From: Rikenellaceae bacterium
Lineage (GTDB): Bacteria; Bacteroidota; Bacteroidia; Bacteroidales; Rikenellaceae
DNA length: 64,000 bases
Assembly: GCA_015059905.1 (NCBI GenBank)
Contig: SUZN01000002.1
Coordinates: 65,742-129,741 of the forward strand
Reading direction: 5' to 3'
Shown: positions 1 through 8,998 of the stretch, piece after piece
How the letters are laid out: each line of letters starts with the position of its first letter
Position numbering within the stretch: the stretch's first letter is position 1
Notes under the pieces: generated by a model
What the model was told of the DNA's origin: nothing
The model's database searches: none
Seen by the model: the letters and a program-made list of their open reading frames with translations, nothing else
Position numbers and translations under genes: made by a program

Positions 1-1
1 G

Positions 2-1354
2 TTGCCTAACACGCCAATCAAGATTCACACTCACAGCTCGACAACAACCCTCACGGGCGAATCGGAGCTTATCATAACAAGCCTTCCTATCGTGAGAATT
101 CTCACCAAGGGTGCTATTCAGGATGATCCAAAGGTTGATTGTACAATTCAGCTCTTTGACCCCAAGGCTCGCACCGATGATGGCGACAACAAGAATCTTG
201 TTCTGTTCGAGAGCCAGGCTGGTATCGAGTATCGTGGTGCGGGCGCGATGCGTTACCCCAAGAAGCCATACAACTTCAAGCTCAAGACCGACACGGGCGA
301 GAAGCGCGAGGCGGAGCTACTGAATATCCGTAACGACAACTCGTGGATTTTGGATGCGATGTATCTCGATATGGCTCGTATGCGTAACCGCGTATGTTTC
401 GATTTGTGGAACACCTTTAATAAGCCATACTATGTGGACGAGAAGCCAAAGGCGATGAGTGGTACTCGTGGCGACTATGTCGAGGTGTTTATCAATGGCG
501 AGTATATGGGCTTGTTTATCTTGAGCGACCGTATCGACCGCAAGCAGTACCAGATTGAGCCAAACGGCGGCTTTATCTATAAGGCAAAGGGTTGGACAGC
601 GGCCTGCTTGTTGCAGGGCTACTCGGCGCGAAGTAGCAATGACGACTACTATTGGAACTCTGCCGATATTGAGCAGGAGTATCCTGATGCAGATGACGGA
701 CAGAAACCAAACTTTAACCATATGGCTGACTTTATTGACTTTGTGAGCAAGACTTCAAAGTCTAACTTCAGTGCGAACTTCTCAAGCCGCGTGGATGAGA
801 ACAGCGTGATTGACACATTTATCTTCCTGAACTTGATTTTGGGATATGACAATGCTGGTCGTAATACATTCTGGATTTTCCGCAATGTAAATGAGTCAAA
901 GAAAGTTATGCACGGTCTGTGGGACTTGGACGGCGTACTGGGTCGTGATTGGAACCGTGTGGTTACCGATGCTAACCGCGGCTGGTACCAAGACAACAAC
1001 AATGGCTCTATCTTCTGGCTCTTCAAGCGTATCATCAACGGTGATGTGGATGGTCTTCAGCAGAAGATTTACGACCGTTGGGTTGAACTGAAGGATAAGC
1101 AGCTCGCTCCTGCCGAGTTCAACAAGCTGGTAGATTACTATGCCGAGAAGCAAATTTCATCTGGCGCTCGTGACCGCGAGGTGGCTCGCTGGCGTGAGCT
1201 TGAGACCAAGGATGCTGTGACGGGTACAAACGGTTGGGTGCACTACTCTGGCAACTACGGCGATGTAGAGTGGGAGGTTAAGTATATGAAGTCGTGGTAC
1301 AGCGACCGTATGAAGAAACTCGACAAGCTGATGGCTACATTCAACGGTAAGTAA
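2..1354 (+). CDS. CotH kinase family protein (C-terminal ~450 aa; the ORF is open to the window edge, so the 5' end is missing)
   Basis: Long ORF running from the window start. Residue patterns such as NFKLK...NSWILDAMYLD...MRNRVCFDLW and GDYVEVFINGEYMGLF are typical of CotH-family proteins. Confidence 0.7.
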   Translation: MPNTPIKIHTHSSTTTLTGESELIITSLPIVRILTKGAIQDDPKVDCTIQLFDPKARTDDGDNKNLVLFESQAGIEYRGAGAMRYPKKPYNFKLKTDTGEKREAELLNIRNDNSWILDAMYLDMARMRNRVCFDLWNTFNKPYYVDEKPKAMSGTRGDYVEVFINGEYMGLFILSDRIDRKQYQIEPNGGFIYKAKGWTAACLLQGYSARSSNDDYYWNSADIEQEYPDADDGQKPNFNHMADFIDFVSKTSKSNFSANFSSRVDENSVIDTFIFLNLILGYDNAGRNTFWIFRNVNESKKVMHGLWDLDGVLGRDWNRVVTDANRGWYQDNNNGSIFWLFKRIINGDVDGLQQKIYDRWVELKDKQLAPAEFNKLVDYYAEKQISSGARDREVARWRELETKDAVTGTNGWVHYSGNYGDVEWEVKYMKSWYSDRMKKLDKLMATFNGK

Positions 1355-1374
1355 AGAAACATTGCTGCCAAACT

Positions 1375-1408
1375 AAAACATCCAAGTCTTTCGGGACTTG
1401 GATGTTTT
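1375..1408. terminator. Bidirectional intrinsic terminator between convergent genes
   Basis: 10-bp perfect stem catccaagtc (1379-1388) / gacttggatg (1395-1404), with AAAA upstream and TTTT downstream. Confidence 0.6.
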
Positions 1409-1426
1409 GGTTTATATGCTTGCTAC

Positions 1427-1813
1427 TTACTTCATTACTTCGTCAATTTTCTTATGGTCGATGTCTGAAAACCAGGTCGCGAGCTTCGCCTTTGCGCGTG
1501 CCTTGATTTCGGGTGTTACATTCTTCGCTACGGCATGCAGGGCAATGAGTAGAGCCGCCAAATCGTCGCTATAACCAGCCAAAGGGATAAAGTCGAGGAT
1601 AAGGTCGGTGGGCAGGATGAAATAACCCAGTGCGCCCCAAATCTTGCTCTTGTCGGTTGAAGATACATTGGGGCTCTGCAATACGTAGTAGAGTAGTAGT
1701 ACTGCATACACAACTTTTGCTCCCGCCCAACGGGCAACGCGTGGAAGTTTCCCCAGGAGCTTTGACTCGGAGTAGTTGCCCTGGTATTTTTCGATGTCGG
1801 TAGGTTTTCTCAT
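1427..1813 (-). CDS. DUF1232 / YkvA-family small membrane protein
   Basis: 128-aa ORF with the motif ILPTDLILDFIPLAGYSDDLAALLIAL, characteristic of DUF1232. Confidence 0.7.
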   Translation of the reverse strand: MRKPTDIEKYQGNYSESKLLGKLPRVARWAGAKVVYAVLLLYYVLQSPNVSSTDKSKIWGALGYFILPTDLILDFIPLAGYSDDLAALLIALHAVAKNVTPEIKARAKAKLATWFSDIDHKKIDEVMK

Positions 1814-1851
1814 TGTTGTTGGTTTTTATATTAACGTATGCTGCTGTCGTT

Positions 1852-3120
1852 TTATTTTATTTTGGCTGTCGGAATTTCTCCCCACTGTGTTGTGTAGCAG
1901 GGCGAGCGATGCTCGTTTGCCATTCGTATGCGTCCACTGCCTTGTATGCCGAAACGTATTGAGTTATAGCCTGCTTTGGCTGTTATATCATCCAATGCTT
2001 TAGTTAAGTTCAACTCCTTTTCCCTGTCGCGATTATTGCCGAAAAGGTCATATGCGATACCCTCCTGGGGTTGTATCTTGAGCGCCGTCACGCCCGCTTT
2101 TTTGTAGCTGTACCCTGCAACAAAAATCTCTCTTGCTGCAGTTACTGCTGCCGTAATTATCTGTCGCGAACTGTTGGTCGGCTCGCTGAAATGGACTATC
2201 GTGCTGGCGTAGGATTGCGGCTGGTCGTCGCGAAAGCGATTTGTTACGGCGAAGATATGCAATTCACCGCATACAGACCTCTGCTTGCGCAATTTTTCGG
2301 CTGTCATAGCTGCGAAGTTTGCCACCTGCTCGGCAAGCATCTCTCGCTGGGTAATCTCCTGCGAGAAGCTGCGAGTGTTGCTTATTGACTGCCGCGTGTC
2401 GGTGGTGGCGGCAATCTCAATACAAGCTTCTCCGCGCAATTCGCGCCAGGTGCGTAACCCCGTTACACCAAACATCTTCTGCACAATGTATTGCGGCATC
2501 TGCGTGAAGTCGTAGGCTGTGTTTATGCCTCTGTCCTGCAATTTGGCGAACATCTTGCGCCCTACGCCCCACACATTGTTTATGGGGAATTTGCGTAACA
2601 CCTTTTCTATATCCTCCGCGCGGTGCATATAACAACCACCACGCAGTTTGGGGTATTGCTTGCATAGCTTCGATGCAATCTTTGCCAGCGTGCGTGTGGG
2701 CGCTATGCCGACCGATACAGGTATGCCTGTGTTCTTCTTGCAACGGGCTGATATGCGTTTGGCTAACGCATCGAAATCCTCGCTCTCCATACCTCGTAGG
2801 TCGAGAAATGCCTCGTCTATGGAATATACTTCAACGTGCGGAGCAAACTCCGCCAGCGTCATCCTTATGCGGCGCGACATATCGCCATAGAGCGAGTGGT
2901 TGCCCGAAAATACCGCTACGTTGTTGCGTTCAATAATCTCCTTGATTTTGAAGTAGGGTGCACCCATACCTATGCCCAACGCTTTTGCTTCGTTGCTGCG
3001 TGCAACAGCACATCCGTCATTGTTTGAGAGTACAATGACAGGCTTTCCTTCGAGGTCGGGACGAAATACTCTTTCGCACGACACGAAGAAGTTGTTGCAG
3101 TCGGCAAGGGCGTACATCAC
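1852..3120 (-). CDS. umuC: Y-family translesion DNA polymerase V catalytic subunit UmuC
   Basis: N-terminus [22 protein letters not shown]...VLSNNDGC is the typical UmuC/ImpB signature. It is 422 aa and its start overlaps the upstream umuD stop by 1 nt. Confidence 0.9.
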   Translation of the reverse strand: MMYALADCNNFFVSCERVFRPDLEGKPVIVLSNNDGCAVARSNEAKALGIGMGAPYFKIKEIIERNNVAVFSGNHSLYGDMSRRIRMTLAEFAPHVEVYSIDEAFLDLRGMESEDFDALAKRISARCKKNTGIPVSVGIAPTRTLAKIASKLCKQYPKLRGGCYMHRAEDIEKVLRKFPINNVWGVGRKMFAKLQDRGINTAYDFTQMPQYIVQKMFGVTGLRTWRELRGEACIEIAATTDTRQSISNTRSFSQEITQREMLAEQVANFAAMTAEKLRKQRSVCGELHIFAVTNRFRDDQPQSYASTIVHFSEPTNSSRQIITAAVTAAREIFVAGYSYKKAGVTALKIQPQEGIAYDLFGNNRDREKELNLTKALDDITAKAGYNSIRFGIQGSGRIRMANEHRSPCYTTQWGEIPTAKIK

Positions 3121-3542
3121 TACACTTTTTTAATCACAAAGGTCACAATGCCCCACACGATAAAATTATTCTCTGCGCTGATACGTATGGGCTTGTATCT
3201 GCGGTTGGCAGGCATAAGGCTTACGCCTTCACTGTCGATGGCGACACGCTTTACGGTGAACTCGCCGTCGATGTAGCAAACAGCTATGCAGCCGTCATAG
3301 GGGTCAAGGCTCTTATCAACGATGATTATATCGCCCTCGTCGAGCGATGCATCCACCATCGAGGTGCCACTGATGCGAAAGAAGAATGTCGATGCGGGGT
3401 GCTTGACGAGCATTCGCACCAAATCCAACTTCTCGTGCATATCATCTGCTGGCGAAGGAAATCCTGCCTTCACCTCGCCACAAAGCTCAAATTCTGCCAC
3501 CGATTGCTCATTGTCAATCGGGTAGGGTATCATCTTTTCCAT
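3120..3542 (-). CDS. umuD: UmuD-like S24 (LexA-type) self-cleaving peptidase subunit of Pol V
   Basis: Shows the S24 Ser/Lys dyad context (SGTSMVD ... FTVKRV). I placed the start at the internal ATG (MEKMIPYP) at 3542; the ORF track begins at 3575. It is coupled to umuC. Confidence 0.8.
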   Translation of the reverse strand: MEKMIPYPIDNEQSVAEFELCGEVKAGFPSPADDMHEKLDLVRMLVKHPASTFFFRISGTSMVDASLDEGDIIIVDKSLDPYDGCIAVCYIDGEFTVKRVAIDSEGVSLMPANRRYKPIRISAENNFIVWGIVTFVIKKV

Positions 3543-3631
3543 AATTGTAGCAAAGTTAATCAAAATAGCGACCAATCTAACAAATACTAAAGATAAAATG
3601 CGCTGTCATTGTTATGCTAAATAATTTTTTA

Positions 3632-3639
3632 TATCTTTG
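3632..3639 (+). promoter_or_regulatory. Bacteroidota sigma-A -7 box (TATCTTTG) upstream of purC
   Basis: Exact TAnnTTTG match 38 nt upstream of the purC ATG. Confidence 0.5.
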
Positions 3640-3676
3640 TTGCCGTAATAGTGCTAATAACATAAATATATATACA

Positions 3677-4627
3677 ATGGAAGCAATCGTAAAGACAAAT
3701 TTCAATTTCAAGGGTCAGCAGAGCCACTATGTTGGCAAGGTGCGTGACGTTTACAGCATTGATGGCGAGTATTTGGTAATGGTAGTATCAGACCGTATCT
3801 CGGCATTCGACGTGGTGTTGCCAAAGGGTATTCCTTTCAAGGGTCAGGTGTTAAATCAGATTGCAGCGAAGTTCCTGGATGCAACAACCGACATCCTGCC
3901 AAACTGGAAGATTGCTGTGCCAGATCCAATGGTGACTGTTGGTCACAAGTGTGAGCCTTTCAAGGTGGAGATGGTTATTCGTGGCTATCTCTCTGGTCAC
4001 GCTTGGCGTGAGTACAAGGCGGGCAAGCGCGAGATTTGCGGCGTAGCTATGCCTGATGGTATGGTTGAGAACCAGAAGTTCCCAGAGCCAATCATTACCC
4101 CAACAACAAAGGCTGATGCAGGTCACGACGAGGATATCTCAAAGGAGGAGATTATCGCTCAGGGTATCGTGAGCCGTGAGGATTACGAGCAGCTGGAGGC
4201 TTACACACGCGCTATCTTCCAGCGTGGTACCGAGATCGCAGCAAAGATGGGCTTGATTTTGGTTGATACAAAGTATGAGTTCGGTAAGAAGGATGGCGTT
4301 ATCTACCTTATGGACGAGATCCACACTCCCGACTCATCTCGTTACTTCTACGCAGAGGGCTATGAGGAGCGTCTTGCAGCTGGCGAGAAGCAGAAGCAAC
4401 TCTCAAAGGAGTTTGTTCGTGAGTGGTTGATGGCAAACGGGTTCCAGGGTCAGGATGGTCAGCAGGTACCAGAGATGACCGAGGATATCGTAAACAGCAT
4501 CACCGACCGTTACGTTGAGCTTTACGAGAATATCGTGGGCGAGAAGTTCGAGAAGGCAGAGTCTAACGATGTTATGGCTCGCATCGAGAAGAATGTATCA
4601 GAGTGCTTGGCTTCGTTGAAGAAGTAA
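3677..4627 (+). CDS. purC: Phosphoribosylaminoimidazole-succinocarboxamide (SAICAR) synthase
   Basis: GKVRDVY...VSDRISAFD...LVDTKYEFG motifs. Start refined to the ATG at 3677 (MEAIVKTNF). Confidence 0.92.
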   Translation: MEAIVKTNFNFKGQQSHYVGKVRDVYSIDGEYLVMVVSDRISAFDVVLPKGIPFKGQVLNQIAAKFLDATTDILPNWKIAVPDPMVTVGHKCEPFKVEMVIRGYLSGHAWREYKAGKREICGVAMPDGMVENQKFPEPIITPTTKADAGHDEDISKEEIIAQGIVSREDYEQLEAYTRAIFQRGTEIAAKMGLILVDTKYEFGKKDGVIYLMDEIHTPDSSRYFYAEGYEERLAAGEKQKQLSKEFVREWLMANGFQGQDGQQVPEMTEDIVNSITDRYVELYENIVGEKFEKAESNDVMARIEKNVSECLASLKK

Positions 4628-4651
4628 TCTAAGCGACTTATAAATCATTTG

Positions 4652-4683
4652 CGCCGCAGGAGTTTTCTTGCGGCGTTTTTTTT
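4652..4683 (+). terminator. Intrinsic terminator after purC
   Basis: Stem cgccgca (4652-4658) / tgcggcg (4669-4675) followed by T8 (4676-4683). Confidence 0.7.
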
Positions 4684-4820
4684 GTTATATATTGTTATTG
4701 ATGGCAATACTGTAAAAAAATATGTAAATTGTACTGAATTGATAATCAGTTACTTAGGCTTACCCCCCCCCTGTGTCTCAAAAAATGCAAAAAACAATCA
4801 TATTATTCGAAAAGTTTTAC

Positions 4821-4828
4821 TAAATTTG
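4821..4828 (+). promoter_or_regulatory. -7 box (TAAATTTG) upstream of the CE15/GH31-like gene pair
   Basis: Exact TAnnTTTG match 84 nt upstream of the ATG at 4912. Confidence 0.4.
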
Positions 4829-4911
4829 CTAAACAAACCATATCGGCGGTGGTCTTATAGAGTTATGATTACTCGCTGATAAAGAACCTTAACAAATATA
4901 AAAAAATCAAA

Positions 4912-6228
4912 ATGGTGAAAAGATTATTTACAGCACTTGCTTTAATCTGCTCCGCCACTTTTGCCACAGCGCAGAATTACGATGAGAGCAAAATCCCACC
5001 GTATGAGTTGCAAGACCCATTGGTCTTTGCCGACGGTCGTAAAGTAAAAAGCAAGAAGCAATGGAAAGAGAGACGACTGGAGATTCTTGATATTTTCCAG
5101 TCAGAGATGTATGGTCGAATGCCTGCGGCTCCCGAGACGCTTGAACTGGAAACTATTGAGCAGGGAACAACCATTGGCGGTTACGCAACGAGAAGGCAGG
5201 TTAGAATGTATTTCTCAAAAGATAAGTCGGGCCCAAATATCGACTGGCTTATCGTAACGCCTAATCATATCAAGACCCCAGCTCCTGTCGTAATTCTTCT
5301 TAATTATTATGGTAATCACACCGTACTCAATGACGAGGCGATTATAGTCACCGACGGCTGGATGCGAAATGACAAGGATTTCAATGTGGAGAATAATTCA
5401 GCCAGCGCAGAGAGCCGAGGAAAGATGATTAACCCCGACTTGAGGAGTATCATTCCTGTCGATATGCTTGTAGCCAAAGGTTATGCTGTGGTGACTGCCT
5501 GCTATGCCGACATCTCACCCGACCCCGACTCTTGGGTTAAGACCGATGATGGCAAGTTACTCCAGGACGAACTCGCATACAGTGGAATTTTTGACCTTTG
5601 GGGTGAAAGAGATAACTCTCGCAGCGACAACACTTCTGCTTTGACAGCGTGGGGCTGGGCTCTTATGCGAGGTATGGATCTCATCTGCGAAGACCCTGCT
5701 TTGGACGAAAATAAGGTTATTCTCACTGGCTCTTCACGACTCGGAAAGGCTGCCCTGATCGCTGCTGCTTTCGATGAGCGTTTCCCTCTGCTTGCTGTTA
5801 ATCAGACTGGTGGTGGCGGTGTGCCTTTGGCAAAGCACTACTACGGTGAGAATGTCCAGACTATGACCACAGCCTTTACACATTGGTATTGTAAAGCATT
5901 TGCCAAATATGCTAATAAGGAGTTGGAAATGCCATTTGATCAGCATATGTTCCTCTCTTGCATTGCGCCTCGTGCGCTTATGGTGCAGGGCTTTAACAAC
6001 GGTTGGTTTGACACCAAAGGTGAGTATCTTGCTCTAAAGGCTGCAAGCCCAGTGTGGAAGTTCCTCGGCGAAGAGGGAATGCCAGATGTAGATTATCCCG
6101 AAATCTACGACAAGAGTGCTGTGGGAAACACCGTTGCCTATTATCGTAGAGATAACGACCACGGAATATCTGCTATAGACTGGGTGTGGATGCTGGAGTT
6201 TGCTGAAAAATATTTTAATAAGAAATAA
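4912..6228 (+). CDS. Carbohydrate esterase family 15-like (4-O-methyl-glucuronoyl methylesterase), secreted
   Basis: Signal peptide. GSSRLGKAAL matches the bacterial CE15 nucleophile motif G-x-S-R-x-G-K. The N-terminal PPYELQDPL...W...RR.EIL region is typical of CE15. Confidence 0.7.
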   Translation: MVKRLFTALALICSATFATAQNYDESKIPPYELQDPLVFADGRKVKSKKQWKERRLEILDIFQSEMYGRMPAAPETLELETIEQGTTIGGYATRRQVRMYFSKDKSGPNIDWLIVTPNHIKTPAPVVILLNYYGNHTVLNDEAIIVTDGWMRNDKDFNVENNSASAESRGKMINPDLRSIIPVDMLVAKGYAVVTACYADISPDPDSWVKTDDGKLLQDELAYSGIFDLWGERDNSRSDNTSALTAWGWALMRGMDLICEDPALDENKVILTGSSRLGKAALIAAAFDERFPLLAVNQTGGGGVPLAKHYYGENVQTMTTAFTHWYCKAFAKYANKELEMPFDQHMFLSCIAPRALMVQGFNNGWFDTKGEYLALKAASPVWKFLGEEGMPDVDYPEIYDKSAVGNTVAYYRRDNDHGISAIDWVWMLEFAEKYFNKK

Positions 6229-6238
6229 ATAGAACAAT

Positions 6239-7852
6239 ATGAAAAAACTGTTTTTTATCTGTTTTGCGGTTTTGTGCTTTCATTATGTTTCTGCGCAGAA
6301 CCCGCCTATCACCCCAGCGTGGGCTTTTGAGCATATCGTGTGGGAGGATAGTCTGAATACAAGGGCTGGTGCAACAAAGCTCATTGATTTGTATTTCGAG
6401 CATAAGATACCAGTGGGCGGTATTATCATTGATAGCCCTTGGACAACAACCTACAATGATTTCAACTGGGATCAGGCAAAATATCCCAATCATCAAGAGA
6501 TGATATCATACTTCAAGCAGAAGGATGTGAAGATTATCTTGTGGATGACAGGAGCGGTTAATTACAAGTGTCTGGATACTCCACAGCAGAAGAGCGAGAG
6601 CTACGATGAGGCGGTGGCTAATAAATTGGGTATTAATGACACTAAACCTACACCTTGGTGGAAGGGCGAGGGAATCTTTATTGACTTCACCAACCCTAAA
6701 GCAGTAGAGTGGTGGCATACACAACTCGATAAGGTCTTTGTGGATGGCGTCTATGGCTGGAAAGTGGATAATGCAGACTCCTATTTCGGCAACATTGTTA
6801 AGACCTCAAAGGGTGAGATGAGTAATGAGCAGTTCCGCCCATACTACTACTCTGCGATGTATGACTATACCACCAAGCGTAATCCAAAGGGTATTATCCT
6901 CTCTCGTCCATACTCATTCCAGGGTGGCTATTATGCTAACACCGAAAAGATGAGTCTGGGTTGGTGTGGCGATTTCGATGGCGACTGGAAGGGCTTGAAG
7001 ATGCAGATTAAGGATATTTACATCTCTGCAAAGCGTGGTTACGGAGCTGTTGGATGTGAGGTAGGTGGCTTCTGGGGTCGTCGTTCAACCAAGCAGCAGC
7101 TGATACGATATGCTCAATTTGGTAGTATGAATGCAACGATGATTAACGGTGGAATGAATGGTGCCTTCACCAACCATCTGCCTTGGTGGCACGATGAGGA
7201 GACTACCGACATCTATCGTTATTGCGTGGAGCTTCACCATCAGCTTATCCCTTATATGTTCTCAACTGTGGTGGATGCACATCTGAGAGGTGGTGCGCTG
7301 CTCAAGAACGCATCATTTGAGGAGGAGAGCCATCAGGTGGGTGACTACATCTTCACAAAGGCGATAACCTCGGAGAATAACGATGTGGAGTTCCACCTGC
7401 CTTTGGACGGAGAGTGGATTGACTTCTTTACAGGCGAGAAGTATAGTGCAGGTGAATTGGTTAAACGCAATTATCCTCTAAATCAGTTCCCATTGTTTGT
7501 TAAATCGGGCGCGATTATACCAATGAATATATCAAGCGATATCACAGGCATAGGAGATGAGTCGATGAAGGGTCGCCGCACAATTCTGATATATCCAAAC
7601 GGTGTTTCTCATAGAGTACTTCATCTCCCTTGTGGCGAAGGCATAGAGTATGAGGATTGTGAAGTAAAATACGATGAGAAGAGTGGTGAGTTGTATGTCA
7701 AGGGCGAGTCAGTACAAGGCTATACCTTTATAATTAGAGGTGTCCCTGCTGTAAAAAACGTGAAGGGGGTAAAGACCTGGAAGTATGATAAGACAAAGCA
7801 AGAGTTGCGTATCGACTGCGATGGTCAGAATATTGAAGTTAAGATACGCTGA
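6239..7852 (+). CDS. Secreted TIM-barrel glycoside hydrolase, GH31-like
   Basis: Signal peptide. Has DSPW..YNDFNWD and GWKVDNAD (a GH31-like nucleophile context, K-x-D). Starts 10 nt after the CE15 gene, so probably the same operon. Family assignment is tentative. Confidence 0.5.
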   Translation: MKKLFFICFAVLCFHYVSAQNPPITPAWAFEHIVWEDSLNTRAGATKLIDLYFEHKIPVGGIIIDSPWTTTYNDFNWDQAKYPNHQEMISYFKQKDVKIILWMTGAVNYKCLDTPQQKSESYDEAVANKLGINDTKPTPWWKGEGIFIDFTNPKAVEWWHTQLDKVFVDGVYGWKVDNADSYFGNIVKTSKGEMSNEQFRPYYYSAMYDYTTKRNPKGIILSRPYSFQGGYYANTEKMSLGWCGDFDGDWKGLKMQIKDIYISAKRGYGAVGCEVGGFWGRRSTKQQLIRYAQFGSMNATMINGGMNGAFTNHLPWWHDEETTDIYRYCVELHHQLIPYMFSTVVDAHLRGGALLKNASFEEESHQVGDYIFTKAITSENNDVEFHLPLDGEWIDFFTGEKYSAGELVKRNYPLNQFPLFVKSGAIIPMNISSDITGIGDESMKGRRTILIYPNGVSHRVLHLPCGEGIEYEDCEVKYDEKSGELYVKGESVQGYTFIIRGVPAVKNVKGVKTWKYDKTKQELRIDCDGQNIEVKIR

Positions 7853-7880
7853 AGAAGTAAAATATAACAAATAAATGTAA

Positions 7881-7907
7881 ACGCCGCAAGACAGACTCTT
7901 GCGGCGT
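7881..7907 (+). terminator. Hairpin terminator after the GH31-like gene
   Basis: Stem acgccgcaag (7881-7890) / cttgcggcgt (7898-7907). The T-rich tail (tttgtt) is weak. Confidence 0.5.
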
Positions 7908-7975
7908 TTGTTATTATATGGGTAAAAAAAAGAAAACCTTAATAATCTGTTGATTATCAAGGTTTTGTAAATCAG

Positions 7976-8050
7976 TCGGGATGACTGGATTCGAACCAGC
8001 GACAACACGCCCCCCAGACGTGTACTCTAACCGGGCTGAGCTACATCCCG
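7976..8050 (-). tRNA. tRNA-Pro (anticodon GGG)
   Basis: Folded by hand into a 75-nt cloverleaf: acceptor CGGGATG/CATCCCG, anticodon arm CACGT-CTGGGGG-GCGTG, T-loop TTCGAAT. No encoded CCA. Confidence 0.85.
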
Positions 8051-8077
8051 AGGGTAACTGGACTCTGGTCGTCCTTG

Positions 8078-8151
8078 TAGCGAGAGAGAGACTTGAACTC
8101 TCGACCTCATGATTATGAATCATGCGCTCTAACCAGCTGAGCTATCTCGCC
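8078..8151 (-). tRNA. tRNA with CAT anticodon (elongator Met; a lysidine-modified Ile2 cannot be excluded)
   Basis: 74-nt cloverleaf: GGCGAGA acceptor, anticodon arm CATGA-TTCATAA-TCATG, T-loop TTCAAGT. Confidence 0.85.
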
Positions 8152-8169
8152 ATTGCCTGATTGCGAGTG

Positions 8170-8177
8170 CAAAGATA
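8170..8177 (-). promoter_or_regulatory. -7 box (TATCTTTG on the minus strand) driving the tRNA-Met/tRNA-Pro pair
   Basis: Exact TAnnTTTG match 18 nt upstream of the tRNA-Met 5' end. It lies in a 21-nt module identical to the one upstream of tRNA-Asp. Confidence 0.55.
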
Positions 8178-8279
8178 AGCCAATTTTTTATCTATGCAAA
8201 ATATTTTTGAAAATTTTTACATATTTTTTTCATTTTCTCGGCACACCTTTTGCCCTGACGAGTGTAAAATCTTGAAAAT

Positions 8280-8945
8280 ATGAAGAATGATAACACTTTT
8301 GCCCGTTTGATAAATTTAATCGCGGGTGTAGCGCTTCTGGTTGGCATCTCTATCGAAGTGCTTACAGGCGACCACCAGAGCTATTCGGCGTGGTATATGT
8401 GGTTGCAACTTGCCGTCTGTATCATCTTTATGATTGACTTTGCGGCGGCGATGATGGCAACGGACAATAATTCGCGCCGTTGGTTTTGGCTTAATCTGCT
8501 ATTTTTTCTCATTTCCATTCCATATCTTAATATCCTCTCGTGGCTCAATGTGGTGCCACATCGTGGCGTGGCGATAGCTGTTGCAGCACTACCATTACTA
8601 CGCTCGTTTGTAGCAATGGGCGTTGTGGTGTGGTGGTTTATCGCAGGCAAAGTGTCGCGTATCTTTGTGGCATACCTCTTTACGGTGGTCTGCTTTACTT
8701 ATCTGGCGGCACTCATATTTTATGATTACGAGGTGCTGGTAAACGAGAAACTGCACGGTTTCGGCAACGCATTCTGGTGGGCGTGGATGAATACAACTAC
8801 TGTCGGTGCGGCTATCTTCCCCGTAACAACCATCGGTAAGGTGTTGGCAGTCTTGTTGCCGAGTCTGGGTATGATGTTCTTCCCGATATTTACCATCTAC
8901 GTCACAAATATATATAATGTAAAAGCAGGTAAAAATAAAAAGTAG
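8280..8945 (+). CDS. Ion-transport (voltage-gated-like / K+ channel superfamily) membrane protein
   Basis: 221 aa with multiple TM helices and a pore-loop-like WWAWMNTTTVGAAIFP segment. Confidence 0.6.
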   Translation: MKNDNTFARLINLIAGVALLVGISIEVLTGDHQSYSAWYMWLQLAVCIIFMIDFAAAMMATDNNSRRWFWLNLLFFLISIPYLNILSWLNVVPHRGVAIAVAALPLLRSFVAMGVVVWWFIAGKVSRIFVAYLFTVVCFTYLAALIFYDYEVLVNEKLHGFGNAFWWAWMNTTTVGAAIFPVTTIGKVLAVLLPSLGMMFFPIFTIYVTNIYNVKAGKNKK

Positions 8946-8998
8946 TTTGCTTTTCGGTTTCTTTTCTATTATTTTTGTCTTTACAAATTAGGAACCGA

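Noticed and set aside
1852-3575. Whether umuDC marks a mobile element or an SOS island.
   Set aside because: Composition is host-like. The flanking genes (DUF1232, purC) are ordinary, and I saw no repeats or mobility genes. I treat it as a chromosomal translesion-synthesis operon.
4649-4879. A 76-aa ORF in the purC-CE15 intergenic region.
   Set aside because: It starts inside the purC terminator hairpin at a non-ATG codon. It crosses the C9 tract and the AT-rich promoter region, and it has no motif or signal.
7914-8123. A 69-aa ORF on the minus strand.
   Set aside because: It is entirely covered by the tRNA-Pro and tRNA-Met genes.
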